From: a phage
Sequence record: PZ027503.1
DNA: 64,000 nucleotides
Reading direction: 5' to 3' (one strand)
The notes below the pieces were generated by a model. That model was not told where the DNA came from. It saw nothing but the letters and a program-made list of their open reading frames with translations, and searched no databases. A program made the position numbers and the translations under genes. Positions within the stretch are counted from its first letter, which is position 1; every line of letters starts with the position of its first letter. This document shows, piece by piece, positions 52,851 through 62,323 of this stretch.

Positions 52851-53507
52851 ATGACTATTAAACATATCTCTTTTGATGTATGGAACACACTGATCACAGC
52901 AAACTCCAATTACGCAGATATGCGAGCCTGGACTATCGCAAAATATGGAGATATTACGGAAGTGGAAGCAAGAGCAGCTTATAAGAAGATCAAAAAGGAA
53001 CTGGATAATGCAGCACTTCAAGGCAAAGCTGAGTGTGCAGCATACGCCTGGGAAAGACTTGGTTCTGAACTTGGGATAACCCCTTGGAAGTCTGCAAAGC
53101 TTCGTTTCGAGTGTGAACAGTGGTTCCTTAAGTTTCCACCACACGTAGCCGTGGATCTGCCGATGTACTTGCTGTATCTTTCGGGGCGTTATGATTTGAG
53201 TATTAAGAGCAATACCAACTTCATATCAGGGGATATCCTGCGTCGTGCTTGTAAGTTTGATAGTTGGAATTGTTTTGAGTTCACCCATTTCTCGGATGAA
53301 GCTTTACTTTGTAAACCAGATCCGCGATTCTTTGCTCGCACGCTCACGTATTCTCCGATCCCTCTGTTAGGGCACGAAGTATTGCACGTAGGCGATAGTG
53401 AAGAATATGATGGAAAATGTGTTGACTTAGGATTTAACTTCTGTCATATTAAGAACCCTAACGACTTACTAGAGAAACTTAAAAGAGGAGAAATTGTAAA
53501 TGCGTAA
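52851..53507 (+). CDS. HAD-superfamily hydrolase
   Basis: motif I FDVWNTLI, motif III CKPDPRFF, motif IV HVGDSEEYD. Confidence 0.65.
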   Translation: MTIKHISFDVWNTLITANSNYADMRAWTIAKYGDITEVEARAAYKKIKKELDNAALQGKAECAAYAWERLGSELGITPWKSAKLRFECEQWFLKFPPHVAVDLPMYLLYLSGRYDLSIKSNTNFISGDILRRACKFDSWNCFEFTHFSDEALLCKPDPRFFARTLTYSPIPLLGHEVLHVGDSEEYDGKCVDLGFNFCHIKNPNDLLEKLKRGEIVNA

Positions 53508-54327
53508 TCAAACTCAAATTTTTGCAAATAAATTTGATGACCTGGAAACTGCTACTTTTGATATTAAAGATTATTCAAAATTGAAATTTGGTAGTAACCA
53601 GGCTGCGCGTCGTATGGGTAAAGAATTGGCACTTCAGTTTTTTGCTCAAGTGGCAATGGAACATATTGGGGAACAATTTGTTATCATCCCTTCTCCTTAC
53701 AACCATGTGCATAATGCTGCAACAATGATGACAGATCATTTTATTAATTACTTTAATATGTTGCAATCACAATATGATCAAGGTCGTTCAGCAGAACTGG
53801 ATATTATTCATCGTAAAGTTAGCTATATCAACGATTATGGTTTCTTGGATAAAGCTAGTCGTAAGAAACTTATTGATGGGGATACATTCTACTGCAACAA
53901 AGAATTCTGGGGTGATAAGAAGCTTGTGTTTATTGATGATGTAAATATCACTGGAACTCATGAAGACAAACTGATTGAGATCCTTGATGAAAATCAAGTT
54001 AAAAATGATGTTTACTTCTTGTATTTTGCAAAATATGAAGGTAATCAAGCAGATACCGAAGCTAAACTGAATTTTAACTACATTAAGACACCAGAAGCGT
54101 TTGTTAAAATGATTAATGAAGAACGTGATGCACAGTGCCTTGTTCGTCCTATTAAGTATCTTATGGGCCAAAATCACGAAGACTTCAAAATCATTCTTAG
54201 CCAATTGCCACACTACTATGTAGAGCAACTTTTCTTCGGATGCTTGGGAGAAGGTTACAACCGAATTTCAAAGTATGCTGAAAACTTTGAATTCTTGGAT
54301 CGTTACACAAAACAACACATTCTGTAA
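53500..54327 (+). CDS. phosphoribosyltransferase (type I PRTase fold) family protein
   Basis: PRPP-binding loop LVFIDDVNITGTH. Confidence 0.65.
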   Translation: MRNQTQIFANKFDDLETATFDIKDYSKLKFGSNQAARRMGKELALQFFAQVAMEHIGEQFVIIPSPYNHVHNAATMMTDHFINYFNMLQSQYDQGRSAELDIIHRKVSYINDYGFLDKASRKKLIDGDTFYCNKEFWGDKKLVFIDDVNITGTHEDKLIEILDENQVKNDVYFLYFAKYEGNQADTEAKLNFNYIKTPEAFVKMINEERDAQCLVRPIKYLMGQNHEDFKIILSQLPHYYVEQLFFGCLGEGYNRISKYAENFEFLDRYTKQHIL

Positions 54328-54339
54328 TAAGGAGCTAAA

Positions 54340-54813
54340 ATGCTTAAAATGAAAACAGGTAATCTTATTGATGCCGCTAAAGCAGGTGAAGTAACTGTTA
54401 TTGCTCATTGTTGCAACTGTATGTGTAATATGGGGGCAGGTATTGCCCCACAAATCAAACAAGCATTTCCTTACGCATATGCAGCAGACTTAGACACAAT
54501 GGCTGGTGATCAAAGTAAACTAGGTTGTTTTAGTTTAGGGGTGCCAGACGAACAATCAGACCCTTTGGTATATAATCTATACGGGCAATACCGTTACGGA
54601 TACAATGCTAAAGGTCGTCAGTTGGACTATGATGCACTTTACGATGCACTAATAGCTATGGCTAATGATTTGCTTCTCCGTGACCAAAAATGTAAGATCG
54701 GCTTACCTATGATTGGCGCTGGATATGCTGGAGGTAATTGGGCTATCATCCAAGTGATGATTGAAGAAACTTTAGTAAAAACAGGTCACGATGTGACTAT
54801 TTATAAACTTTAA
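54340..54813 (+). CDS. macro-domain protein (ADP-ribose binding/processing)
   Basis: VIAHCCNCMCNMGAGIA and KIGLPMIGAGYAGG motifs. Confidence 0.7.
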   Translation: MLKMKTGNLIDAAKAGEVTVIAHCCNCMCNMGAGIAPQIKQAFPYAYAADLDTMAGDQSKLGCFSLGVPDEQSDPLVYNLYGQYRYGYNAKGRQLDYDALYDALIAMANDLLLRDQKCKIGLPMIGAGYAGGNWAIIQVMIEETLVKTGHDVTIYKL

Positions 54814-54825
54814 GAGGAGATTAGT

Positions 54826-55047
54826 ATGGGTGTTTTTGCAGGTATTGTTGCAGTGGTAAGCTTTTTTGTTATTGCTTTTATGCTTAGTTTGATTCCAGCT
54901 TGGTTACTGTTGCTGGCTTACAACTATGTTGCTGAAGTTATGGGTCATGCAGATATCACTGTCCCAGTAACCTTCTGGACCGTGGTTTGTGTTTCGTTTA
55001 TTCTGGCTGTATTACGAGGAATCTTTTCCTCTCATTCAACAAAATAA
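54826..55047 (+). CDS. small membrane protein (73 aa)
   Basis: ORF track; two TM helices. Confidence 0.5.
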   Translation: MGVFAGIVAVVSFFVIAFMLSLIPAWLLLLAYNYVAEVMGHADITVPVTFWTVVCVSFILAVLRGIFSSHSTK

Positions 55048-55050
55048 GTG

Positions 55051-55109
55051 TTGACATAGTTCTTAAAAAGAGTAAGATATATCACATGAAGCGGGGAATA
55101 GTTCCCCGC
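55051..55109 (+). promoter_or_regulatory. promoter plus 5' stem-loop cassette (same family as island cassettes, plus orientation)
   Basis: TTGACA-N16-TAAGAT, then hairpin GCGGGGAATAGTTCCCCGC, then GAGAGGAG RBS. Confidence 0.6.
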
Positions 55110-55126
55110 AAAGAGAGGAGAAAAGA

Positions 55127-56101
55127 ATGCAACTTGGTTTCCCAATTATTGATGTAGTTGTTTTAGTTGGTATTTTAGCATTGTCTATTGGTATCGATTT
55201 CTTTGGTCATAAAGAGAATAAAGAAATTGGAATTAAATCTGCTTTGCTTTGGTCTGTTTTTTGGATTGCTTTAGCTTTAGGATATTACGCATTCATTTGG
55301 GTAGAACATGGTAAAGAGTTTGCCGCGCTTTTCCTAAGTGGCTATGTGTTGGAAAAGAGTCTTTCTGTAGATAACCTGATGGTGTTCATGGCGATTTTTG
55401 CAAGCTTTGGAATTAAGAGCACACATCTCCAACATAAGATTCTACTTTGGGGGATTGCAGGAGCCATTGTCTTCCGAGGTATTTTTGTTGCAGCAGGGAC
55501 CGCTTTGTTTAACCTTCATTGGTCGGTCCAAGTGTTGTTCGGTTTGATTGTAGCTTGGTCTGCCGTGGCTATCATCAAAGGTGGTGACGAAGAAGAGGAT
55601 ATTGATTACTCTAAACATTGGGCTGTTCGTTTAGTAGGTAAAGTTCTGCCTGTGCACAATGCACTAGATGGTGAAAAGTTCATTACCATTAAGAATGGTA
55701 TTAAATATGCAACTCCTGCTCTTCTTTGTGTGTTTGTTATTGAGCTTACAGATATTGTCTTCTCTTTTGATTCAGTTCCGGCTGTGATCGGTGTGACACA
55801 AGAACCTCTGCTAGTTTATTCTGCAATGCTGATGGCTGTTCTTGGTTTACGTGCACTTTTCTTTGTGTTAAGTGTAGCTGTGAAATATCTGGTTCACTTA
55901 GAGAAAGCTGTTGCTGTGGTTCTGGTGTTTGTCGGTGCTAAACTTATGTATCACCCGTTCGGTGAAACACTTCATGCCAAGTGGTCATTCCTCCCGCATG
56001 ATATTTCCCCTAACGTAAGTCTGATGATTGTTCTAGGCACATTAGCTCTTGGTGTTATTGCAAGCTTTATCTTCCCTGAAAAAGAAGAAGCTGCTATTTA
56101 A
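55127..56101 (+). CDS. TerC-family integral membrane protein
   Basis: multi-TM; duplicated signature VLEKSLSVDNLMVF and IELTDIVFSFDSVPAV. Confidence 0.8.
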   Translation: MQLGFPIIDVVVLVGILALSIGIDFFGHKENKEIGIKSALLWSVFWIALALGYYAFIWVEHGKEFAALFLSGYVLEKSLSVDNLMVFMAIFASFGIKSTHLQHKILLWGIAGAIVFRGIFVAAGTALFNLHWSVQVLFGLIVAWSAVAIIKGGDEEEDIDYSKHWAVRLVGKVLPVHNALDGEKFITIKNGIKYATPALLCVFVIELTDIVFSFDSVPAVIGVTQEPLLVYSAMLMAVLGLRALFFVLSVAVKYLVHLEKAVAVVLVFVGAKLMYHPFGETLHAKWSFLPHDISPNVSLMIVLGTLALGVIASFIFPEKEEAAI

Positions 56102-56107
56102 TAGATG

Positions 56108-56130
56108 AGCCTCCTTCGGGAGGCTATTTT
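56108..56130 (+). terminator. rho-independent terminator
   Basis: AGCCTCCTTCGGGAGGCT hairpin then ATTTTAT. Confidence 0.6.
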
Positions 56131-56143
56131 ATAGGAGAGACTT

Positions 56144-56494
56144 ATGAATAATTTTGATGAAATTCAAGAACTTGTTTGGGATTTGCCTGGTGATGTGGAT
56201 TACATTTCAGATTATCTTTCAAAAGTTTACCCTGGGGTAAGCGTTATGATTGTGACCAAAGATCCGATTAATTTGCCTCCTAATGTGGTAGCTTGTTGTG
56301 GAAGTGGTTCAGGAGAAGTAGAGCCTGTATCTCGTTGGGAATTAACTAAAGCTGTTTCAAAACGAAACGGTGAAGTTTTGAATATTGATATTGAACAAAT
56401 ATGGACTTCTCCAGCAGCCAAATGGAATGATCCGAATGGTTGGGATTTGTTCTTCTGGGATAATGAAACTGATGATGAGGTATTTTTAAAATGA
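56144..56494 (+). CDS. hypothetical protein (116 aa)
   Basis: ORF track. Confidence 0.55.
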   Translation: MNNFDEIQELVWDLPGDVDYISDYLSKVYPGVSVMIVTKDPINLPPNVVACCGSGSGEVEPVSRWELTKAVSKRNGEVLNIDIEQIWTSPAAKWNDPNGWDLFFWDNETDDEVFLK

Positions 56495-56736
56495 AATACT
56501 TGTTGGTTGTGTTTGAAAATATCTGTTTTGCAATAGGGTTGTTTGTTGTAATTTTTGTATTGACAAGCGTAATCAACGGCAGTAAAGTGAGTTTATACCG
56601 AGATGGAGAGCAACTTTATTGCTTCTCTGGAGATTTCAAACACAGATGTATTAATAGCCAAAACGAGGAAAGCAAATATGAAAAAACTAGCCCTGATTTT
56701 AATTGGTTGTATCTTTTTAACAGCTTGCGAGGATGA
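56491..56736 (+). CDS. small membrane protein (81 aa)
   Basis: ORF track; overlaps start of next gene, end uncertain. Confidence 0.4.
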   Translation: MKYLLVVFENICFAIGLFVVIFVLTSVINGSKVSLYRDGEQLYCFSGDFKHRCINSQNEESKYEKTSPDFNWLYLFNSLRG

Positions 56737-57115
56737 AACAAATCCTGCACAATACCAACAACCTCCTCAACAATACGCTCAACAAAGATCTGACGGAGAT
56801 ACAACTATTATCAACAATGGTGGCGGTTCTAGTAGTAGCGGTGTTGGTGAGTTTGCTACAGGTATGTTGTTAGGGCATATGATGAGTGGCGGTAGTAATC
56901 GTAGCAGTGGGGATTATAACGATAACAGAACGATTATTAATAAGCATTATAATACACCTAAACCGAAAACTAATTTTTATGGTAAGCCTAAACAAGAGAT
57001 AAAAACTTATGAAAAGCCGAGACAAACTTTTAAAACAAATAGTAGCTATACAACTCGTAAATCTTACAATAGCCCTTTAAGTAAAAAGAGTTCATCTCGT
57101 AGCAAGCGACGTTAA
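56678..57115 (+). CDS. lipoprotein (145 aa), Q/P/G/S-rich
   Basis: ORF track frame; start MKKLALILIGCIFLTAC (lipobox) after GAGGAAAG RBS. Confidence 0.55.
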   Translation: MKKLALILIGCIFLTACEDETNPAQYQQPPQQYAQQRSDGDTTIINNGGGSSSSGVGEFATGMLLGHMMSGGSNRSSGDYNDNRTIINKHYNTPKPKTNFYGKPKQEIKTYEKPRQTFKTNSSYTTRKSYNSPLSKKSSSRSKRR

Positions 57116-57129
57116 TAAGGAGAAAAACA

Positions 57130-57723
57130 ATGACAATTTCTATCCGTACTTCCATTACAGGTGTTAAAAGTTTGCCTAATGCTTTGCAAATTACACGCGC
57201 TTTGAGGGATACGTTCTCTGCTGTGGATGAGCATAAGATGCTCGATAATCTCTCAAATTGGCCCTATTTTCATTATTTTAAAAATGAAGACGACGAGTTT
57301 ATAGATGCTGTTTCTTATGGTTATGATTTCGGTAAGGAGGTTTCTCCTGAAGAATTTGTAGCTACGGTATTTCCAAATGGTTTTCCTACTCGCAATAAGC
57401 GTAAAAAAGGACCAAAAAACAAGAAACGTGCTACTAATAAAGCTACCATTTTCTTTACTGATGGGACACAGTATACGATTAAAGATTTTGAAGAAGTATC
57501 TTATACAGCAGGTGGGAATCTTTCTTTCTACACCATCAAAAAACAAAACTATACGTTCAGCCATGTTTCTAACATGATTGAAATGTTAGTAGAAGATATT
57601 GAAAGCGTGGCTGTGTTAGGTATGCATAAAAGCTTTTTAATTACAAATATTTCAGATTTCAGTGCAAGTTTATCTGGCCCTGATTTTGAAGCCACGACCA
57701 CGCATTTCGCTTTTAAGGTGTAA
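57130..57723 (+). CDS. hypothetical protein (197 aa)
   Basis: ORF track. Confidence 0.55.
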   Translation: MTISIRTSITGVKSLPNALQITRALRDTFSAVDEHKMLDNLSNWPYFHYFKNEDDEFIDAVSYGYDFGKEVSPEEFVATVFPNGFPTRNKRKKGPKNKKRATNKATIFFTDGTQYTIKDFEEVSYTAGGNLSFYTIKKQNYTFSHVSNMIEMLVEDIESVAVLGMHKSFLITNISDFSASLSGPDFEATTTHFAFKV

Positions 57724-57725
57724 GT

Positions 57726-58316
57726 ATGCATACCGAGAGAGACTTGCAACTCTTGTGGTGGGAAGTGATGCAGGAAATAAAAGAAGATTTTCCTGTTTAC
57801 TACAACATGTTACGTGAAGCAGGATATAAAGCTTGTGTTAGAAACAAAGTGAATAACTCTTTCGGTTGGTGCAACTACCGAGATAAAATTGTTGTTGTAA
57901 ATTGGCACTTGCATAAGAACTCTACAAGAGATATGATCGTGGATACAATGAAGCACGAAATTGCTCACGCTATTGATGGTTGTATGGGTAAGTTTAGTAG
58001 GCACGGTGCTCATTGGCAAAAACTGGCAGCAGAGTTAGGGGCTAATCCTAAAGCCACTTCCAAAGAGCCGTTGAACCACGAGTATAAATATGTTCTTGTT
58101 CTGGTAGATAGGTTTGCGACAAGATGTGTTAGAGGTTATAATCGTAAACCTAATCGCATGTACCCAGGCAAGCAACCTAACATGTGGTTGAAATCAGATA
58201 AAGAAGGAACTGAAGGAAAATTATGGTTGTATAAATGGGATGATTGGGTTAAAGTAGCTAAAGAGTACGGTGTTTCACCATATATAAGAGATGCAGAAGA
58301 GGAGAATGAAGAATGA
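57726..58316 (+). CDS. SprT-like zinc metalloprotease domain protein
   Basis: HEIAHAIDG ... HGAHW motifs. Confidence 0.6.
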   Translation: MHTERDLQLLWWEVMQEIKEDFPVYYNMLREAGYKACVRNKVNNSFGWCNYRDKIVVVNWHLHKNSTRDMIVDTMKHEIAHAIDGCMGKFSRHGAHWQKLAAELGANPKATSKEPLNHEYKYVLVLVDRFATRCVRGYNRKPNRMYPGKQPNMWLKSDKEGTEGKLWLYKWDDWVKVAKEYGVSPYIRDAEEENEE

Positions 58317-59425
58317 CAAGTCCATTTTTAAAAGTAGCTACTGGTGGTCAGAAGAAGTCTGAAATGAGTGTATTCGCTGCAACAACAGATGCAAGTAAAT
58401 CTGTATTCGCTCCAAGCGTGTTAGATGCCAGTCCTGTTTATGCACCAGCGGCACCGCAAGAAGTTCCAGTTTTGCCTTCTATGACCCGACAAGAGATTGA
58501 AGAGATTGGGGCAGAGGCAGGAACAACCTTGCGTTCCTTGAATGCCGAGGTGTTAAAACATCAACGTAGTAATCAAGGCGATCAGATGAGTGAACGACTT
58601 ACAGCTTTGATTAAACAGGCAAAACAACTTGATCCAAACTCTATTAAACAAAGCAAGGGTATTACTAAACTCATTAAAAAAGTTATGGGTATGAAAGAAG
58701 ACCTGTTCGGGGAGTTTGATAATGTTAATAACCGTATTGAAGAGTTGGTAAAGAACCTTCAAATGGATATTCGCAAAGAAGAAGATTCCTTGGTATATCT
58801 TGAAAAGCTACATCAAGCTATTGGACAATATGCTGCAAGTTTGAACCGAGATATGCAGCTTCTAACAGCAACCTATGAAAAAGAAGAACAAGCTTTGGCT
58901 GCTCTTCCAGAAGATGCAGTAGAACAGCGACAAGTGATCCGAGATACTTTGGATCTTCTGGAGATTCGTATTGCAGATTTAAAAGCATTGCGCCTACTGT
59001 GTGTCCAAATGGGACCGCGTGTACAAGGTATGCAAAAAGTTTCTGCAAGCTTAATGCGATCTGCGCGTAACATAGTAAATAATGTTATTCCTGCTTACTC
59101 TGCTAACTTCTCAATGTATATCGAGAGCTTACGTCAAATGAAAGCAGCAGAGACGCAGAATAACGTTCTTGATGAATTTAACCTGGCAATTAAACTGGGT
59201 AGCGATCTTGCCACACAGAATCAGATCGAAGCAGCAGCACTGGCTAACCGTCAAGTGTTGGATATTGAAACTCTGCGTCACGATCAGGAAAACTTGGTTA
59301 AGATGCTGGAAGAAACTAACCGCATCAATACGGAAGCCCGTGCTGCTCGTGTTGATTATATTAATGAAGTTCAATCTCTGGAAGACGGGATGGTAGCTGC
59401 TGTGAAACGAGGGCTTGGTAAATGA
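58313..59425 (+). CDS. alpha-helical/coiled-coil protein (370 aa), possibly TelA-like
   Basis: ORF track; TelA suggestion from size and Ter context only. Confidence 0.5.
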   Translation: MTSPFLKVATGGQKKSEMSVFAATTDASKSVFAPSVLDASPVYAPAAPQEVPVLPSMTRQEIEEIGAEAGTTLRSLNAEVLKHQRSNQGDQMSERLTALIKQAKQLDPNSIKQSKGITKLIKKVMGMKEDLFGEFDNVNNRIEELVKNLQMDIRKEEDSLVYLEKLHQAIGQYAASLNRDMQLLTATYEKEEQALAALPEDAVEQRQVIRDTLDLLEIRIADLKALRLLCVQMGPRVQGMQKVSASLMRSARNIVNNVIPAYSANFSMYIESLRQMKAAETQNNVLDEFNLAIKLGSDLATQNQIEAAALANRQVLDIETLRHDQENLVKMLEETNRINTEARAARVDYINEVQSLEDGMVAAVKRGLGK

Positions 59426-59619
59426 GAATCCGTATCTATATAATTGATGAAGACATTGGTGTCCGTTATGATGACGAAAAACGATTCGCACCGATGGGAG
59501 GCATATATCCCCCAAGTGTTCTAGCAGTTTGTCGTGATTGTTATATTTATGAAGGTTGTCGTAACTTCCGTAAATTCGAACTCCTTGCAGATATTGACTT
59601 CAATGAGGAGGAGGAGTAA
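59422..59619 (+). CDS. hypothetical protein (65 aa)
   Basis: ORF track. Confidence 0.5.
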   Translation: MRIRIYIIDEDIGVRYDDEKRFAPMGGIYPPSVLAVCRDCYIYEGCRNFRKFELLADIDFNEEEE

Positions 59620-59791
59620 TGAAAATATTACGGGTGAATATTGAAACTGCTTGGTGTGGATGCAATGAGGTTGTGGATATCGAAATTGAAGATGATATGT
59701 CTCAAGAGGATATAGAAGATCTTGCACACGAAACCTTTCAGGATTATTGTAATTACGGGTTCCATATTTTAGAGGAGGAAGAAGATGTATA
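59619..59791 (+). CDS. small acidic protein (57 aa)
   Basis: hand-translated MKILRVNIETAWCGCNEVVDIEIEDDMSQEDIEDLAHETFQDYCNYGFHILEEEEDV. Confidence 0.4.
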
Positions 59792-60183
59792 ATCCAACAG
59801 GTATTCTTTTAAAACTTACAGTAACAGACCCTACTCTTTTCACTAATTTGGCAAGTGGTGAAGTTTATGAAGTAATGAAAGATGATGACGGTTGGTGTTA
59901 TCTTTGTGGCTACTTCCTCTGTGATGCAGAAGAGTTAGAATCCATTATAACTAAAGGTTTTTATGAAGAACCAGGGTTCCGTGTGGAAACTACGCAGAAA
60001 CCTGATACCATTACGTTGACTCGACAGGAACTGATCACAATCATTGAAGATGCTTTTATAGATGGCTGGAATACACAAGATAATGACTGGGGTGGACCCG
60101 AAGCTTTTCTGGAACATCATAAAGCTTATGGAGAATTTTGTGAAACCACTGTAGCTCTTGATAATCTGAAGGAGGGTTTGTAA
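59785..60183 (+). CDS. hypothetical protein (132 aa)
   Basis: ORF track. Confidence 0.55.
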   Translation: MYNPTGILLKLTVTDPTLFTNLASGEVYEVMKDDDGWCYLCGYFLCDAEELESIITKGFYEEPGFRVETTQKPDTITLTRQELITIIEDAFIDGWNTQDNDWGGPEAFLEHHKAYGEFCETTVALDNLKEGL

Positions 60184-60746
60184 TGGGTTGTTTTAGCTTT
60201 TTGTGCAAAGAATCGGGCAAAGCTGCCCTTTCTACTTCTTTCGACGGATCACCTTGCTACCTCTTTCTTTTGAAGGACGGTGTTGTTATTGAAGAGATGT
60301 ATGGCAACTATGATAGTTATGGTTGTGTTTTCTCTGGAAAGGAGGATGAAAATGGTGTTCGTGAACGATTTGAATGGGCTATGGATTGGAGTAAGGTTTG
60401 TGATTTGATGCATTCCTCAAATCCAAGGGACGGTATCGCTATGGTGCTGGAAGAGTACTTTACAGGTGAAATCCCTACAGAACAATCTGACGGAGATCCT
60501 AACCAAGGTTGGGGTGATGGTGAAGAAGATCCAGATTGTTTTTTCAGCACAGAAAAGAATAAGTTTAAACGTGTTGACAACCCTTATCACAAAGTGCATA
60601 ATACTCTCATTGAAACAGAAGATGACAAGATGGAAATTGAAGAAGATGATCCTCTTGTAACACTTCCTATAAGTGAGTTACAAAAGATCACTAAGGAAGC
60701 TTACGATTTGGGCTTCAAAATTGGTAGAGGAGGTATGCGTGTTTAG
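60183..60746 (+). CDS. hypothetical protein (187 aa)
   Basis: ORF track. Confidence 0.55.
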   Translation: MGCFSFLCKESGKAALSTSFDGSPCYLFLLKDGVVIEEMYGNYDSYGCVFSGKEDENGVRERFEWAMDWSKVCDLMHSSNPRDGIAMVLEEYFTGEIPTEQSDGDPNQGWGDGEEDPDCFFSTEKNKFKRVDNPYHKVHNTLIETEDDKMEIEEDDPLVTLPISELQKITKEAYDLGFKIGRGGMRV

Positions 60747-61017
60747 ATTCAATATTCAAGAAGAAAAAAGTCAGGATTTACCTATTGCTTTCGAAGATCT
60801 TGACGTAGGGGCCACATTCATGTATTATGATGCCTATGAAGACGCAGGGTTGGATACCTACCGTAACTTGGTGTTCATTAAAAATTCCACAAACAGTGCG
60901 ATTTGTATTAATGGATCACTAGCACAACGAGGCTATACTCATTGCATCCCACCAGATACAAATATGGTGGAAGTAGATTTAGAAGTTACCAATATTACAC
61001 TTAAGAAGGAGAAATAA
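60739..61017 (+). CDS. paralog family D member (92 aa, GTG start)
   Basis: ORF track frame; start set by alignment to 62039 paralog and GGAGG RBS. Confidence 0.45.
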   Translation: MFRFNIQEEKSQDLPIAFEDLDVGATFMYYDAYEDAGLDTYRNLVFIKNSTNSAICINGSLAQRGYTHCIPPDTNMVEVDLEVTNITLKKEK

Positions 61018-61018
61018 T

Positions 61019-61813
61019 ATGTCCGAGAAAATCAGCCTGAAAAAACGTCAAGAAAACCTTGCTTTCTCTCTGAAAAAGAATAAGAACCTGAATGAAGGTA
61101 AGATTGTTCTTCGTGTAGCATGTGCTCTAGATATTTCTGGTAGTATGCATGGTCTATATTCTAGTGGGGTAGTGAGTGATTTTGTAGGTAAACTGCTTCC
61201 TTTTGGTATGCTGTTCGACGATAATCAACAAATTGATATGTGGGCCTTCAATACGAGTTCCCAAGAGCTTACTCCAGCAACAGCAGACGTTTACGATGAC
61301 TATGTTGGTAAATGTATGCGCAATGTTCGTATCGGAGGTGGAACAAATTACGCCCCTGTAATGGCAGATATCTACGATGAGTATTTTGGCACTGTTACCA
61401 AATATATTACCACTAAACAAGTGGTACAAGAGGAGGCTCCAAAGAAAGGCTTCTTTAATCGTCTGCTTGGTAAAACTGAAACAGTGTCTGTAGAGCGTGA
61501 AAAAGTTGTAGCTGTATCTGAACCAGGTGCTGACGTTACCCCTGGTGTTGTATTCTTCCAGACGGATGGTGAGAATGGTGATCCTAGTGCTGTTCGTCGT
61601 CTTATTGAAGAGAATAAGAATAAACCTATTTATTGGTTCATGGTTGGCGTTGGTAATGAGAAGTTTGGCTTCCTGAAAGAACTGGCAAATGCTTATGATA
61701 ATGTTGGTTTTATTGGCATTAAAGATTTAGACTTGACAGATTCAGAGCTTTATGACAAACTTTTATCTGAAGAGTTCGGAGAGTGGGTTGTTAAAGTAGG
61801 TGCTAAAAAATGA
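61019..61813 (+). CDS. vWA-domain protein with KISLKK N-terminus
   Basis: MIDAS-like DISGSM motif. Confidence 0.65.
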   Translation: MSEKISLKKRQENLAFSLKKNKNLNEGKIVLRVACALDISGSMHGLYSSGVVSDFVGKLLPFGMLFDDNQQIDMWAFNTSSQELTPATADVYDDYVGKCMRNVRIGGGTNYAPVMADIYDEYFGTVTKYITTKQVVQEEAPKKGFFNRLLGKTETVSVEREKVVAVSEPGADVTPGVVFFQTDGENGDPSAVRRLIEENKNKPIYWFMVGVGNEKFGFLKELANAYDNVGFIGIKDLDLTDSELYDKLLSEEFGEWVVKVGAKK

Positions 61814-62058
61814 TCGACAAGCTTGCCTCTCAAGTCGTAGAAAATTATTGGCGCGAGAGAGAAGCTTTCATTATGCGCAGTCTCAAAGAGTATTTCATTG
61901 GGACTGTGCGAATGGAAGATATTGTAAGTAGAGTAGAGATTCATGTATGGCCCGATTATGAAGAATGGGTTGACAAAGAAAATGAAAATGCTATAATTCT
62001 TCGTATATACAAACCGGAGATAACATTAGGAGGAAGAAGTGTTAAACTTCGAAATTGA
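61810..62058 (+). CDS. hypothetical protein (82 aa)
   Basis: ORF track. Confidence 0.5.
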   Translation: MIDKLASQVVENYWREREAFIMRSLKEYFIGTVRMEDIVSRVEIHVWPDYEEWVDKENENAIILRIYKPEITLGGRSVKLRN

Positions 62059-62308
62059 TGAGCAAAAAGTAAATAAACGATGCCTTACCATTAAAGATTT
62101 GGATGTAGGAGATACTTTCGTCTATGAAAATGCATTTGATGAAAATGGTTTAGACCTTAGTGAAATCATTGTTTATTTAAAAGTAGACGATGGGGAGAAT
62201 GATTATTCCGCTGTAGAACTAAACCATCATGCACAATTAGTATCAATCCAAAACACATCTAAGCTTTTGGAAGTAGAATTGACTGTAACTGGTATTACAC
62301 TTAAATAA
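62039..62308 (+). CDS. paralog family D member (89 aa, GTG start)
   Basis: ORF track; LDVGDTF(V/M)Y motif shared with 60739. Confidence 0.5.
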   Translation: MLNFEIDEQKVNKRCLTIKDLDVGDTFVYENAFDENGLDLSEIIVYLKVDDGENDYSAVELNHHAQLVSIQNTSKLLEVELTVTGITLK

Positions 62309-62323
62309 TAGAGGAGACAAAAG

